A program made the position numbers and the translations under genes. Below, one piece after another: positions 46,692 through 56,082 of a stretch of 64,000 nucleotides of DNA. Origin of the DNA: Geopsychrobacteraceae bacterium (lineage in GTDB: Bacteria > Desulfobacterota > Desulfuromonadia > Desulfuromonadales > Geopsychrobacteraceae). The number at the start of each line of letters is the position of its first letter. Position 1 is the first letter of the stretch. Location: positions 800,001-864,000 of the forward strand of contig CAXXTB010000001.1 of NCBI GenBank assembly GCA_963676795.2, written 5' to 3'. The notes below the pieces were generated by a model. The model ran no database searches. It worked only from the letters and a program-made list of their open reading frames with translations, and was not told where the DNA came from.

Positions 46692-47110
46692 CTATTTTTG
46701 AGCCGCCGGATGATTGCAGATGAAAAATGGTGAACCGCTCAGGTTGATGACGCTCATGCCTGCAAGCTGCAGGTAGACGGCTCCGTCATCGTCACTGTCG
46801 ACGATGATCTGTTGCCGCTGATCAGGTAGGTTCCTGGCTGCGAAATCGTCAGCACAGAACCTGACGCGGAGGCACCGCTATCTTCAGGGCTGATGCTGAT
46901 CCCGGCATCGGCCAGTTCGATTGTGACAACCGAGTCGGAATCGCTGGTGCTGATGTCATCACCGGTTTCTGTATCATCCAGACTGATGTCGTTGACATCT
47001 GTGGAGCTTGTCGTGGTTGTCGATTCGTCAGAATCCGAACTGCCGCAGGCACAGAGGCAAACCAGTAGGGCTAAAAAAATGAAGCAGAACCGAATATTGC
47101 TGCGCCGCAT
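46692..47110 (-). pseudogene. Frameshifted, truncated DUF4353 (carbohydrate-binding beta-helix) lipoprotein
   Basis: Lipobox LCAC, Ser/Thr linker, TISQPGTYLISG; a shifted frame near 46812 continues QIIVDSDDDGAVYLQLAGMSVINLSGSPFFI to a stop at 46692. Confidence 0.7.
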
Positions 47111-47236
47111 AGATTACTCCTTGTGTATGTACATTTATGGACGATAGGAGTGTCAGGAAAGCAACGTCAAGGTCTGCAACTCTACCCGTCAATCGGTAAC
47201 ATTGTGTAGCTGGCGATTAACGGGTAGAGCTGTAAG

Positions 47237-50200
47237 TCACCGAGAAACATGAACATTTTGCTGTCTCTGGTCACCGTTAGGTCCGGATTTTCTGTCTCTG
47301 AAGCCGAAGAGCTTTCTCACATCCTCCAGAATCAGATAGAGCACCGGAATCAGCAGCAGGGTAATACCGGTGGCGAAGAGAATGCCGAAGCCCAGCGAGA
47401 TGGCCATCGGGATCAGGAAACGGGCCTGACGGCTGGTTTCCAGGATCATCGGCATCAGGCCGAAGAAGGTGGTCAGCGAGGTCAGCAGGATCGGCCGGAA
47501 GCGCCGGGTTCCGGCACCGACGATTGCGTCATAGACCGACATCCCGACTAGCCGGTTGCGGTTGCACTGGTCGATGAGCAGCAGCGAATCGTTGACGACG
47601 ACGCCGGCCAGGGCGACGACGCCGAACATGCTGAGGATGCTCAGGTCATAGCCCATGATCAGGTGGCCGAGGACCGCGCCGATCATGCCGAAGGGGATTG
47701 CCGCCATGATCAGCAGTGGCTGGCTGTAGCTGCGGAACGGGATGGCGAGCAGGGCGTAGATGGCGATCAGGGCGAGCAGGAAGCCTTTTTTCATGCTGGC
47801 GAAGGAATCGGCGCGTTCCTGTTCTTCCCCTTCCATGGTCCAGCTCAGGCCCGGATAGTCACTGACCAGCTGCGGCAACAGGTTGCTTTTAAGCTCAGTA
47901 AGGATTTCCTGCGCGTTGTTCTGCTGACTGTTGACGTCGGCAGTAACGTTGATGACCCGTTTGCGGTCGGTCCGGTTGATGGTCGAAAAGCCGTAGCTCT
48001 CGCTGACCTCGGCCGCCTGGAGCAGAGGGATGGCGGCCCCGGCACTGTTGCGGATGTACATGTTCTCAAAGTTCCACAGCTTGCGCCGGTCGGCTTGCGG
48101 ATAGCGGACGACAACCTTGAGTTCGTTGCGGCCGCGTTGCAGGCGCAGCGCTTCGGCGCCGTAGAAGGCCGCGCGGATCTGGCGGGCCAGGTCGGCTTCG
48201 GTGATGCCGAGGGTGCGTGCCGCCGGTTTGAGCTTCAGCTTAATCTCCTGCTTGCCGCGTGCGTAACTGTCTTCGATTTCACTGACCCCCTGATACTGGG
48301 CCAGGTTCTCCTGGATACGCGCCGAGGCCTTTTTCAGCACCTCAAAATCGGTGTGGGCCAGGCGTACGTCGATATTGGCTCCCAGGCGCATGCTGCTGAA
48401 ACGGAAGGTCAGCGAGTCGAGGCCGGGGATCGGGCCGATGTGGCTGCGCCAGTTTTTCGAGATCTCTTCGGCCGGGATGCCGCGCTTGCTCCCTTCGGTC
48501 AGGTAGAGGGAGATGGTCGCCAGGTTGGTCGCGGTCGATGCCGAACCGCCACCGGGGCCGCCGACCGATTGGGTTCCGCCGATCAGGCTGTAGGTGCTGC
48601 GCAGGATGCTGTCGCCGGCCGGCCGCCTGGCGTCGTATTCGGCGATGGTTTCCAGGCCCCGGGCCAGGATCATGTCAGCGATCCGTGCCGTTTCGTCGAT
48701 CGATACCCCTTCGTTCATCTGCAGGGTGACCCGAATCCGGTCGCCATCGACCTTGGGGAAAAACATGAACTTGATGATTCCCCCCTGATAGATAGCCGCG
48801 ACCAGCAGCAGGGAGGCGATGCCGAAAGCCAGTGACGCGTAACGGTAGTTGAGATTCAGTTTGAGAATTCTCTGATAGGGGCCGTAGACAAAACGGTACA
48901 GGCCACGGCCGAACAGCCTGCGGACCTTGTCGATGCTGCCGATCACTCCGCCGCCTGGCGGTCTCATCTTGCCGAAGGTCAGGTGGGCGGGCAGAACGAA
49001 GAGTGATTCGATCAGCGAGATCAAGAGCAGGGTGATGACGACCATCGGCACGACCTTGATGAACTTTCCCATCATGCCGACGATATAGAGCAGCGGCATG
49101 AAGGCGGCAACCGTGGTCAGGATCGAAAAGGTGACCGGGATCGCGACTTCGAGGGCGCCGTCGATGGCCGCGTTGACGTAGGGTTTTCCCTGCTGTCGAT
49201 GTTCGAAGATGTTTTCGCCGACGACGATGGCGTCGTCGACCAGGATGCCGAGCGCCAGGATGAAGGCGAACAGCGAGTTCATGTTGATCGACACGCCGAG
49301 AAAGGGGAGCAGGAACAGGGTGCCGAGGAAGGAGATCGGAATGCCGAGCATAACCCACAGGGCAAGCTTGAGTTCGAGGAATAGACCGAGGACGATGATG
49401 ACCAGAATCAGACCGTAGAGGGCATTTTTCTGCAGCAGCTGCATGCGGCTGTTGAATACCTCGCTGTCGTCGTTCCAGGCGGTGATCTTCAGGGTCTCGG
49501 GCAGTTGCTCCCGTTTCTGCTCGATATAGTCCTTGATCTCCCTGGAGATCTCGGTCGGTTTCTGGTCGCCGATGCGGAACACCTGGACCATGGCCGCCGG
49601 CTGACCGTCGAAACGGGCATAGCTTTCGCTGTCGCTGAAACCGTCGATGACGGTAGCGATATCACCGAGCCGGACGCGGGTGCCGTCGCTGTTGGCGATG
49701 ATGGTGATATCCTCGTATTCGGCGCCACTGTAGCGACGCTCCTTGGTGCGCAGCAGAATCTCGCCGCCAGCGGTTTTGACCGATCCGGCAGGCAGGTCGA
49801 GGGAGGCGCTGGAAATGAGCGTTGCGACCTGGCTGAGGGTCAGATTGTAGCGTTTGAGGGTCTGCTCGGGGATTTCGATGCTGATCTCAAGATCCCTGAC
49901 TCCGCTCAGCTCGACCTGGGTGACGTTCGGCAGTTCGAGCAGGTCGTCGCGCACGCTTTCCGCCTGCTCTCGCAAGGTGCGTTCGTCGACTGCGCCGTAG
50001 AGGACCACCGAGATAACATCGCGGCGGGTCGAGCCCTTGCTGATCACCGGCTTCTCGGCCTCCTCCGGGAATGTGGTGATGCGGTCGACCTCGCTCTTGA
50101 TGTCCTGCAGAACCTGGTCGATATCCTCTTTGGCGTAGATCTCGGCGACTACGCTGCCGCCCCCTTCACGGGCCGACGATTTGAGTTGCTTGATGCCGTC

Positions 50201-50425
50201 AACGCCGGTCAGGCTCTCCTCGATCTTGAGGATGATTCCCTCTTCGACCTCCTCCGGTCCCGCGCCGGGGTAAGCAACCGTCACCGATACCCGGTCGAGG
50301 GTGACCTCGGGAAAGACCTCCTGCTTGATGCTCGGCGCCATGATCAGGCCGCCGACGATGAAAGCCAGCATCAGCAGGTTCGCGGCCACATGGTTGGTGG
50401 CCATCCATTTGACGGCCGATCTCAT
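47237..50425 (-). CDS. RND efflux permease (AcrB/AcrD/AcrF family)
   Basis: NHVAANLLM, GILVDDAIVVGEN, GVVVNDS, RFRPILLTS. Confidence 0.95.
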   Translation of the reverse strand: MRSAVKWMATNHVAANLLMLAFIVGGLIMAPSIKQEVFPEVTLDRVSVTVAYPGAGPEEVEEGIILKIEESLTGVDGIKQLKSSAREGGGSVVAEIYAKEDIDQVLQDIKSEVDRITTFPEEAEKPVISKGSTRRDVISVVLYGAVDERTLREQAESVRDDLLELPNVTQVELSGVRDLEISIEIPEQTLKRYNLTLSQVATLISSASLDLPAGSVKTAGGEILLRTKERRYSGAEYEDITIIANSDGTRVRLGDIATVIDGFSDSESYARFDGQPAAMVQVFRIGDQKPTEISREIKDYIEQKREQLPETLKITAWNDDSEVFNSRMQLLQKNALYGLILVIIVLGLFLELKLALWVMLGIPISFLGTLFLLPFLGVSINMNSLFAFILALGILVDDAIVVGENIFEHRQQGKPYVNAAIDGALEVAIPVTFSILTTVAAFMPLLYIVGMMGKFIKVVPMVVITLLLISLIESLFVLPAHLTFGKMRPPGGGVIGSIDKVRRLFGRGLYRFVYGPYQRILKLNLNYRYASLAFGIASLLLVAAIYQGGIIKFMFFPKVDGDRIRVTLQMNEGVSIDETARIADMILARGLETIAEYDARRPAGDSILRSTYSLIGGTQSVGGPGGGSASTATNLATISLYLTEGSKRGIPAEEISKNWRSHIGPIPGLDSLTFRFSSMRLGANIDVRLAHTDFEVLKKASARIQENLAQYQGVSEIEDSYARGKQEIKLKLKPAARTLGITEADLARQIRAAFYGAEALRLQRGRNELKVVVRYPQADRRKLWNFENMYIRNSAGAAIPLLQAAEVSESYGFSTINRTDRKRVINVTADVNSQQNNAQEILTELKSNLLPQLVSDYPGLSWTMEGEEQERADSFASMKKGFLLALIAIYALLAIPFRSYSQPLLIMAAIPFGMIGAVLGHLIMGYDLSILSMFGVVALAGVVVNDSLLLIDQCNRNRLVGMSVYDAIVGAGTRRFRPILLTSLTTFFGLMPMILETSRQARFLIPMAISLGFGILFATGITLLLIPVLYLILEDVRKLFGFRDRKSGPNGDQRQQNVHVSR

Positions 50426-51603
50426 GGTTTTTTCTCCGCTCCGGCAATTCTCAGCTGGGTTCCCGGTGCGGCACCGGTCAGAGAGGTGAGGATCAGTTGC
50501 TGGCCGTCAAGCCCGTCGTTACGCAGGATCAACTGGTCCTGCTCGCGCCTCAGGATCTCGACCTGCTGCAGGCGCAGTTTGTTCCCTTCGCCGACCAGGC
50601 GGATCTGGTTGCCGTCCTGCAGGGCCTGACGGGGGATGACAACAACGTCATTCAGAACCGGACCCTGAATTTCGACGGCAACAAACTGGCCGTGGGGGAG
50701 GACCGGGGCAGCTGACCCGCTCTTCAGATGATAGGGGTCGGCGACGGCAAGGATCAGGGTTGCAGTGCGGCTGGCCGGATCGATTTCCCCCAGGCTGCGC
50801 ACAACCTTTCCGGTCCAGTGGTTCCGGCTGTTCTCGGCCTGATAGATGTCGGCTTTGACCTCGCCTGCTTTGTACTGGGTCAGCCAGGCGGCCTCGGCTG
50901 TGGCAAGCGGGATGGCGATTTCCGCGACATCGGTTCCGGCCAGCACGCCGAGGCTGACGCCGGGACTGACATACTGACCGAGGCCGATCGTTTCTTCGCG
51001 GATTCTGCCGTTAAACGGGGCGCGGACTGTCGCCCGTTCCAGATTGAGCTGGGCCTTTTTCAACTGGGCCTTGGCGGCGGCGAGGATCGCCTGTTGTTGT
51101 TTAAGCTGAATCTCACGGGTCACCAGCGGACCCGGTTCCCCCTTCTCAGGCAGGTCGATTCGCGTCCATTCCTCGCGGGCGATGCGCGCCTGTTCCTGTT
51201 CCTTGGCCAGGGCGACCTCTCCTTGCGCGACTTCGGCCCCGGCCTGTTCGACGGCCAGCTGGTAATCGGCGGTTTCAATCTCAAACAGTACTTCGCCCGC
51301 GCTGACCAGCCCGCCGGCAACCAATTTGGGCGAGACCTGTGAAATCCGCCCGGCGACCTGGCTGGTCAGGCTGATCTGGCGGGCCGGGTTGACCGTGCCG
51401 CTGGCGTAGACGATCACCTGATGATCGACTGCTGCAAGCCGTGCGGTTTCGACCAGAACTCCCTGCGCCCTGGGCTGCTGGCGCGGCGGCTCCTTTTTCA
51501 GGTGGGTCAGCAGGATGAAGGCCGCGATGCCGATGGCGATGATCAGGACCGGCAGGACAATTTTCAGGGCTAATCCGGAATTATTTTCCGTAGTCGACAT
51601 CAT
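50422..51603 (-). CDS. RND periplasmic adaptor (MFP)
   Basis: N-terminal TM, QVAGRI, VRAPFNG, IDPASRT. Confidence 0.92.
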   Translation of the reverse strand: MMSTTENNSGLALKIVLPVLIIAIGIAAFILLTHLKKEPPRQQPRAQGVLVETARLAAVDHQVIVYASGTVNPARQISLTSQVAGRISQVSPKLVAGGLVSAGEVLFEIETADYQLAVEQAGAEVAQGEVALAKEQEQARIAREEWTRIDLPEKGEPGPLVTREIQLKQQQAILAAAKAQLKKAQLNLERATVRAPFNGRIREETIGLGQYVSPGVSLGVLAGTDVAEIAIPLATAEAAWLTQYKAGEVKADIYQAENSRNHWTGKVVRSLGEIDPASRTATLILAVADPYHLKSGSAAPVLPHGQFVAVEIQGPVLNDVVVIPRQALQDGNQIRLVGEGNKLRLQQVEILRREQDQLILRNDGLDGQQLILTSLTGAAPGTQLRIAGAEKKP

Positions 51604-53011
51604 CTTTATCCTGTTTGGCAGCCAGAGCCTGGCGTTGTTGGTTGAGTTCTTCTGTCATCCAGCTCCCGCCGAGGGCTCTGACCAGCGAGATGCGCTGGCT
51701 GATCAACTGCCGGCGTGAGCTGAGTTGTTGACTGAGAATATTGAAATGGCTGATTTCACCTGAAAGCAGGTCACTGCTGTCGGTCAGCCCGTAAAGGTAG
51801 CTCTTGTATTGCAGCTGCAGGTTCGCATCGCTGATCTGACGGCGTTGCTCGAGCAGGCGGGCTGTTTCGTCGCTCTGCTTCGCTCCGACCATGGCGTTTT
51901 CAACCTCCTGGATGGCGCTGAGCAACAGTGCGTTGGTTGCCGCCAGTTGAATATTTCTGGCTGCTGTCTTCTGGTCGCTGGCCGCTTTTAACCGGCCACC
52001 GTCGTAGAGTGGCTGGGTCAGGCCGAGAGCCAGGCTCCAGACCGTACCGCTGTAGTCGCCGCTGGCCAGTCGGGTCGCCGATTCCCCGAGTGTCGCACTC
52101 AGGTCGATACCGGGCAGCCGGTCGGCCAGGGCGGCTGCCAGATCGGCATCGTTGGCTTTGAGTTCGAGAAGTGCTGCGGCGACATCCGGGCGCCTGGTCA
52201 ACAGGTCGGCCGGCAGGCCGGATGCCGGCATGGCATTCAGCAGCGCCAGATCGCCGTTGTCAATCCTGACCGTCCCCGGCGCTGAGCCAAGCATGATCGC
52301 TATGGCGTTTTCGGCCTGGGCCAGGGCCAAACGATAGGCAGGAAGCTCTGCATTGAACGAAGCAAGGTTCTGGCGGGCCTGGTAGACCTCAGCGGCCGTT
52401 GACAGACCGGATCGGTAACGTTCGGTGACAAAATCGAGCAGCGCGGAGCTCTTGGCGATCTGGATGTCCAGCAGTTCAAGCTGGGCATTCTGTTCGACGG
52501 CCAGGAAATACTGTTCACAGAGCTGGGCGCTGAGGTTTAAGAGCAGCGCTTCGACATCCTTTCTGCCCGCCTCACTGCGCAGGATGGCCGCCTGCTCGGC
52601 ATCGCGCAGCCGGTTCCACAGGTCGATTTCATAGCTGGCGGCCAGCGACAGGTTGGAGGTGGTCGATCTTGATTCGCCTGCGGCGCTGACCGACTGGCTG
52701 CGGGTGAGCTTGCCGTTGAAAGCGACGGTGGGCAGTCGGGCAGCTCGCCCTGAGCGTATCGTGGCATCGAGTTGATCGAGGCGGTAAAGGGCCTGATGCA
52801 GGCTGAGATTGCCACTGAACAGCTGGTCGGCCAGGTGATTGAGCTGTGGGGCATTGAAGTCGAGCCACCAGCGTTCGCTCGGTTGCAGTGTGTTTGGCGC
52901 GCTTTGTTCCGAATAGCTCGCCGGGATGTCTTTCAGTTCTGCCGGATGCGGCCGCAGTGGATTGCAGGCGGTGAGCAGCAGTAGGAGTAGAAGCAGAAGC
53001 CAGTATCTCAT
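51581..53011 (-). CDS. Outer-membrane efflux lipoprotein (NodT/TolC family)
   Basis: Lipobox LTAC, WWLDF, SYEIDLW, PADLLTRRPDV, RALGGSW. Confidence 0.92.
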   Translation of the reverse strand: MRYWLLLLLLLLLTACNPLRPHPAELKDIPASYSEQSAPNTLQPSERWWLDFNAPQLNHLADQLFSGNLSLHQALYRLDQLDATIRSGRAARLPTVAFNGKLTRSQSVSAAGESRSTTSNLSLAASYEIDLWNRLRDAEQAAILRSEAGRKDVEALLLNLSAQLCEQYFLAVEQNAQLELLDIQIAKSSALLDFVTERYRSGLSTAAEVYQARQNLASFNAELPAYRLALAQAENAIAIMLGSAPGTVRIDNGDLALLNAMPASGLPADLLTRRPDVAAALLELKANDADLAAALADRLPGIDLSATLGESATRLASGDYSGTVWSLALGLTQPLYDGGRLKAASDQKTAARNIQLAATNALLLSAIQEVENAMVGAKQSDETARLLEQRRQISDANLQLQYKSYLYGLTDSSDLLSGEISHFNILSQQLSSRRQLISQRISLVRALGGSWMTEELNQQRQALAAKQDKDDVDYGK

Positions 53012-53643
53012 AGCGGAGCCTCCAGGCCGGCGAGAATGAATTTCATGAATTCCCTGGTTGTCAGTTGCTGATCAGGATGTTCTGTGCCGGTGTCTTGCAG
53101 TAGAGGACTGCTGTTGCCGCTACTCATGATGTAACCGAGGCTGCTGAGCAGGAACATCAGGCGCAACCTGAGGATGTTTTCCGGGAGCTGCGGCAGGGCC
53201 ATGCCGAGTGCCGCAGCAAAGTTGCTGATCAGTGGACCGATCTGCTCGAAGACGGCGCTGCGTACTTTTTCGTCAGGTTCATTCCAGGTCCGGCCGATCA
53301 GCCGGAGAAAGTGACCCGCGCCACGACTCGAGGCTCCGAACTCCAGGGTGGGGATGACAAAAGCAGAGACAAGATCCCGGACGGAAGGCTTCTCCTGCTT
53401 GAGGTGCGCCTCGGCGAGAACCTGATCAATACGCTGCTGACGCCTTTGATTCAGGGGTTGCAGACGTCTTGCCAGGACCGCCTGGAGCAGCCCTTCCTTG
53501 GAGTTAAAGTGGTAATTGACGGCAGCCAGGTTGACCTTGGCACGTTCTGTCAGGGTGCGCAGCGAAGTATTTCTGAACCCATGCTCGGCGAAGAGTCGTT
53601 CGGCCTGGTCGAGAATCCTGCTTTTGGTGTCTTTGCTGCTCAT
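53008..53643 (-). CDS. TetR-family regulator (PsrA-like) heading the efflux operon
   Basis: TKSRILDQAERLFAEHG...VNLAAVNYHF.SKEGL. Confidence 0.9.
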   Translation of the reverse strand: MSSKDTKSRILDQAERLFAEHGFRNTSLRTLTERAKVNLAAVNYHFNSKEGLLQAVLARRLQPLNQRRQQRIDQVLAEAHLKQEKPSVRDLVSAFVIPTLEFGASSRGAGHFLRLIGRTWNEPDEKVRSAVFEQIGPLISNFAAALGMALPQLPENILRLRLMFLLSSLGYIMSSGNSSPLLQDTGTEHPDQQLTTREFMKFILAGLEAPL

Positions 53644-53676
53644 TTCTGCCTGATCGCCCTCCGCTGTTTTGATGGA

Positions 53677-53694
53677 TTGAAACACTCGTTTAAA
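53677..53694. promoter_or_regulatory. Putative PsrA-type operator TTGAAAC-N4-GTTTAAA
   Basis: AAAC-N4-GTTT palindrome about 35 bp upstream of the TetR start. Confidence 0.55.
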
Positions 53695-53832
53695 ACCTGA
53701 GTCAAGTGAGCATTTGTAAAGTGTTGTTAAATTTGTTCAGGGACTGAGCAGATAAGCGAAATGGTGACTAAAAAATAGTCACATGTCCTGCAGAACTTAA
53801 AAAAAATCCTAGAAAATGGGCTTTTAAGAAGT

Positions 53833-53848
53833 TGGCACGGTGTCTGCT
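53833..53848 (+). promoter_or_regulatory. Sigma54 (-24/-12) promoter of glnK-amt
   Basis: TGGCACGGTGTCTGCT; GG and GC 12 bp apart. Confidence 0.8.
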
Positions 53849-53902
53849 ATGAGGACCTTCATAAATGAAAATATGTGCTTTAGTAGCGAAGGCAGTTTCT
53901 AA

Positions 53903-54262
<360 letters not shown>

Positions 54263-54308
54263 GAACATCAACGTTATTCAAAACGCTATTGATAAGGAGA
54301 ACTAAACA

Positions 54309-55658
54309 ATGAAGAAAACAGCCCTGCTGCTCGCCGGTCTGCTGGCCCTGCCGGCCCTGGCCTTCGCCGAAGTCAGCACCGATGAACTCGCTTACGTCCT
54401 CAACACCTTTTCCTTCCTGGTCATGGGTGTCCTGGTCATGTGGATGGCCGCCGGTTTCGGTATGCTCGAGGCCGGTCTGGTCCGTTCCAAGAACGTCGCC
54501 ACCATCTGTCTGAAGAACATCTCGCTGTTCGGCATCGCCGGCATCCTCTACTACCTGATCGGTTACAACCTGATGTACGCCGGTGTTGACGGTGGTTTCT
54601 TCGGCAGTTTCGGTCTCTGGGGCGCTGACGACGCCGCAGCCGCAGCCGGCGACTTCTCCGGCGGCTATGCGGCCGCTTCCGACTGGTTCTTCCAGATGGT
54701 CTTCTGTGGCGCCGCCTGTTCCGTTGTCTCCGGTTGTGTCGCCGAGCGGATCAAGCTGTGGGGCTTCCTGATCTTCTGTGTCGTGCTGACCGGTATCATC
54801 TATCCGATCCAGGGTTCCTGGGGCTGGGGCGGCGGCTGGCTGTCCGAGCTGGGCTTCCTTGACTTCGCCGGTTCGACCATCGTTCACTCCGTCGGTGGCT
54901 GGGCAGCCTTAAGCGGTGCCATCATCCTCGGCGCGCGTAAAGGCAAGTACGGTAAAGACGGCAAGGTCAACCCGCTGCCGGGTTCCAACATTCCGCTGGC
55001 CACCCTGGGGACCTTCATCCTGTGGATGGGCTGGTACGGCTTCAACGGCGGTTCGGTTCTCGCCCTGGGTGATGCGGCCAGCGCCATCGCCATGTCGAAT
55101 GTCATGGTCAACACCAACATGGCCGCCTGTGGTGGCATGGTTGCCGCGATGATCCTGGTTCAGATCCTTTACAAGAAGGTCGACGTCACCATGGCATTAA
55201 ACGGCGCCCTGGCCGGTCTGGTTGCCATCACTGCCGGTCCTGACACCCCGTCCCTGGGTGCTGCGACCCTGATCGGCGCCGTTGGCGGTATCCTCTGTGT
55301 TCTGGCTGTTCCGCTCTTTGACAAGCTCAAGATCGATGACGTTGTCGGCGCCCTGTCTGTCCACCTGGTCGGCGGTATCTGGGGCACCCTGGCGGTTCCG
55401 ATCACCAACTCTGACGCCAGCTTCGTCACCCAGCTGATCGGCGTTGTCGCCACCGGCGTCTTCGTCCTGATCACCGCCAGCATCGTCTGGCTGGTCCTCA
55501 AATACACCATGGGCATCCGCGTCAGCGAAGAGGAAGAGATGCTCGGTTGCGATTCGTCCGAAATCGGCATGGAAGCCTACCCGGACTTCCAGCGCGTCAG
55601 CATCGCTGGCTCCAGCGGAATCTCAGGTTACAGTTCTTCGACTGTCAGCCGCCAGTAA
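54309..55658 (+). CDS. amtB: Ammonium transporter
   Basis: FFQMVF, AERIK, DFAGSTIVH, GWYGFNGGS, IDDVVGALSVH. Confidence 0.95.
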   Translation: MKKTALLLAGLLALPALAFAEVSTDELAYVLNTFSFLVMGVLVMWMAAGFGMLEAGLVRSKNVATICLKNISLFGIAGILYYLIGYNLMYAGVDGGFFGSFGLWGADDAAAAAGDFSGGYAAASDWFFQMVFCGAACSVVSGCVAERIKLWGFLIFCVVLTGIIYPIQGSWGWGGGWLSELGFLDFAGSTIVHSVGGWAALSGAIILGARKGKYGKDGKVNPLPGSNIPLATLGTFILWMGWYGFNGGSVLALGDAASAIAMSNVMVNTNMAACGGMVAAMILVQILYKKVDVTMALNGALAGLVAITAGPDTPSLGAATLIGAVGGILCVLAVPLFDKLKIDDVVGALSVHLVGGIWGTLAVPITNSDASFVTQLIGVVATGVFVLITASIVWLVLKYTMGIRVSEEEEMLGCDSSEIGMEAYPDFQRVSIAGSSGISGYSSSTVSRQ

Positions 55659-55685
55659 CGGCTTGGTCGAGACATAGGTAGAGGT

Positions 55686-55718
55686 AAAAAGGGTCGCTGT
55701 TTTCGGCGGCCCTTTTTC
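55686..55718 (+). terminator. Rho-independent terminator after amtB
   Basis: AAAAAGGGTCGC...GCGGCCCTTTTT. Confidence 0.8.
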
Positions 55719-56082
55719 GTGTATTGCCCCGTCTGATCCTGTTGGTCATGTCTTCGGCCTGGTCAATCGGTCGGATTTTTCCTTGGATGTAGGATGGCAG
55801 TTGGGCTATAGTTCTCAATTGTTGCGGGGCTTCATGGCCTGCCCCTGCCACTGAATTAGAAAGCGATTTCAGGCAGTTCGCCACTTTGCCTGAGTTTTTC
55901 GCTTGTGCCGGAAGTAGCGTTACAAGCTGTCCACGTAAAAGCAATACACTTCGCGGCGCCATGGATGCTGAAGCTTCCGGATCTGCAACCTGCCATCAGA
56001 TCTTGCCGGAATTCGCAGCCGTTGAGCCGTTTTTTCCGGGGCCGTTTTTTTCTGTTTAAGAGTATTTCTGTCGGAGGGGACG

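Noticed and set aside
47237..53643. RND pump as the dedicated exporter of the rSAM product
   Set aside because: It has its own TetR and operator and is separated by a pseudogene and a terminator; only proximity links them
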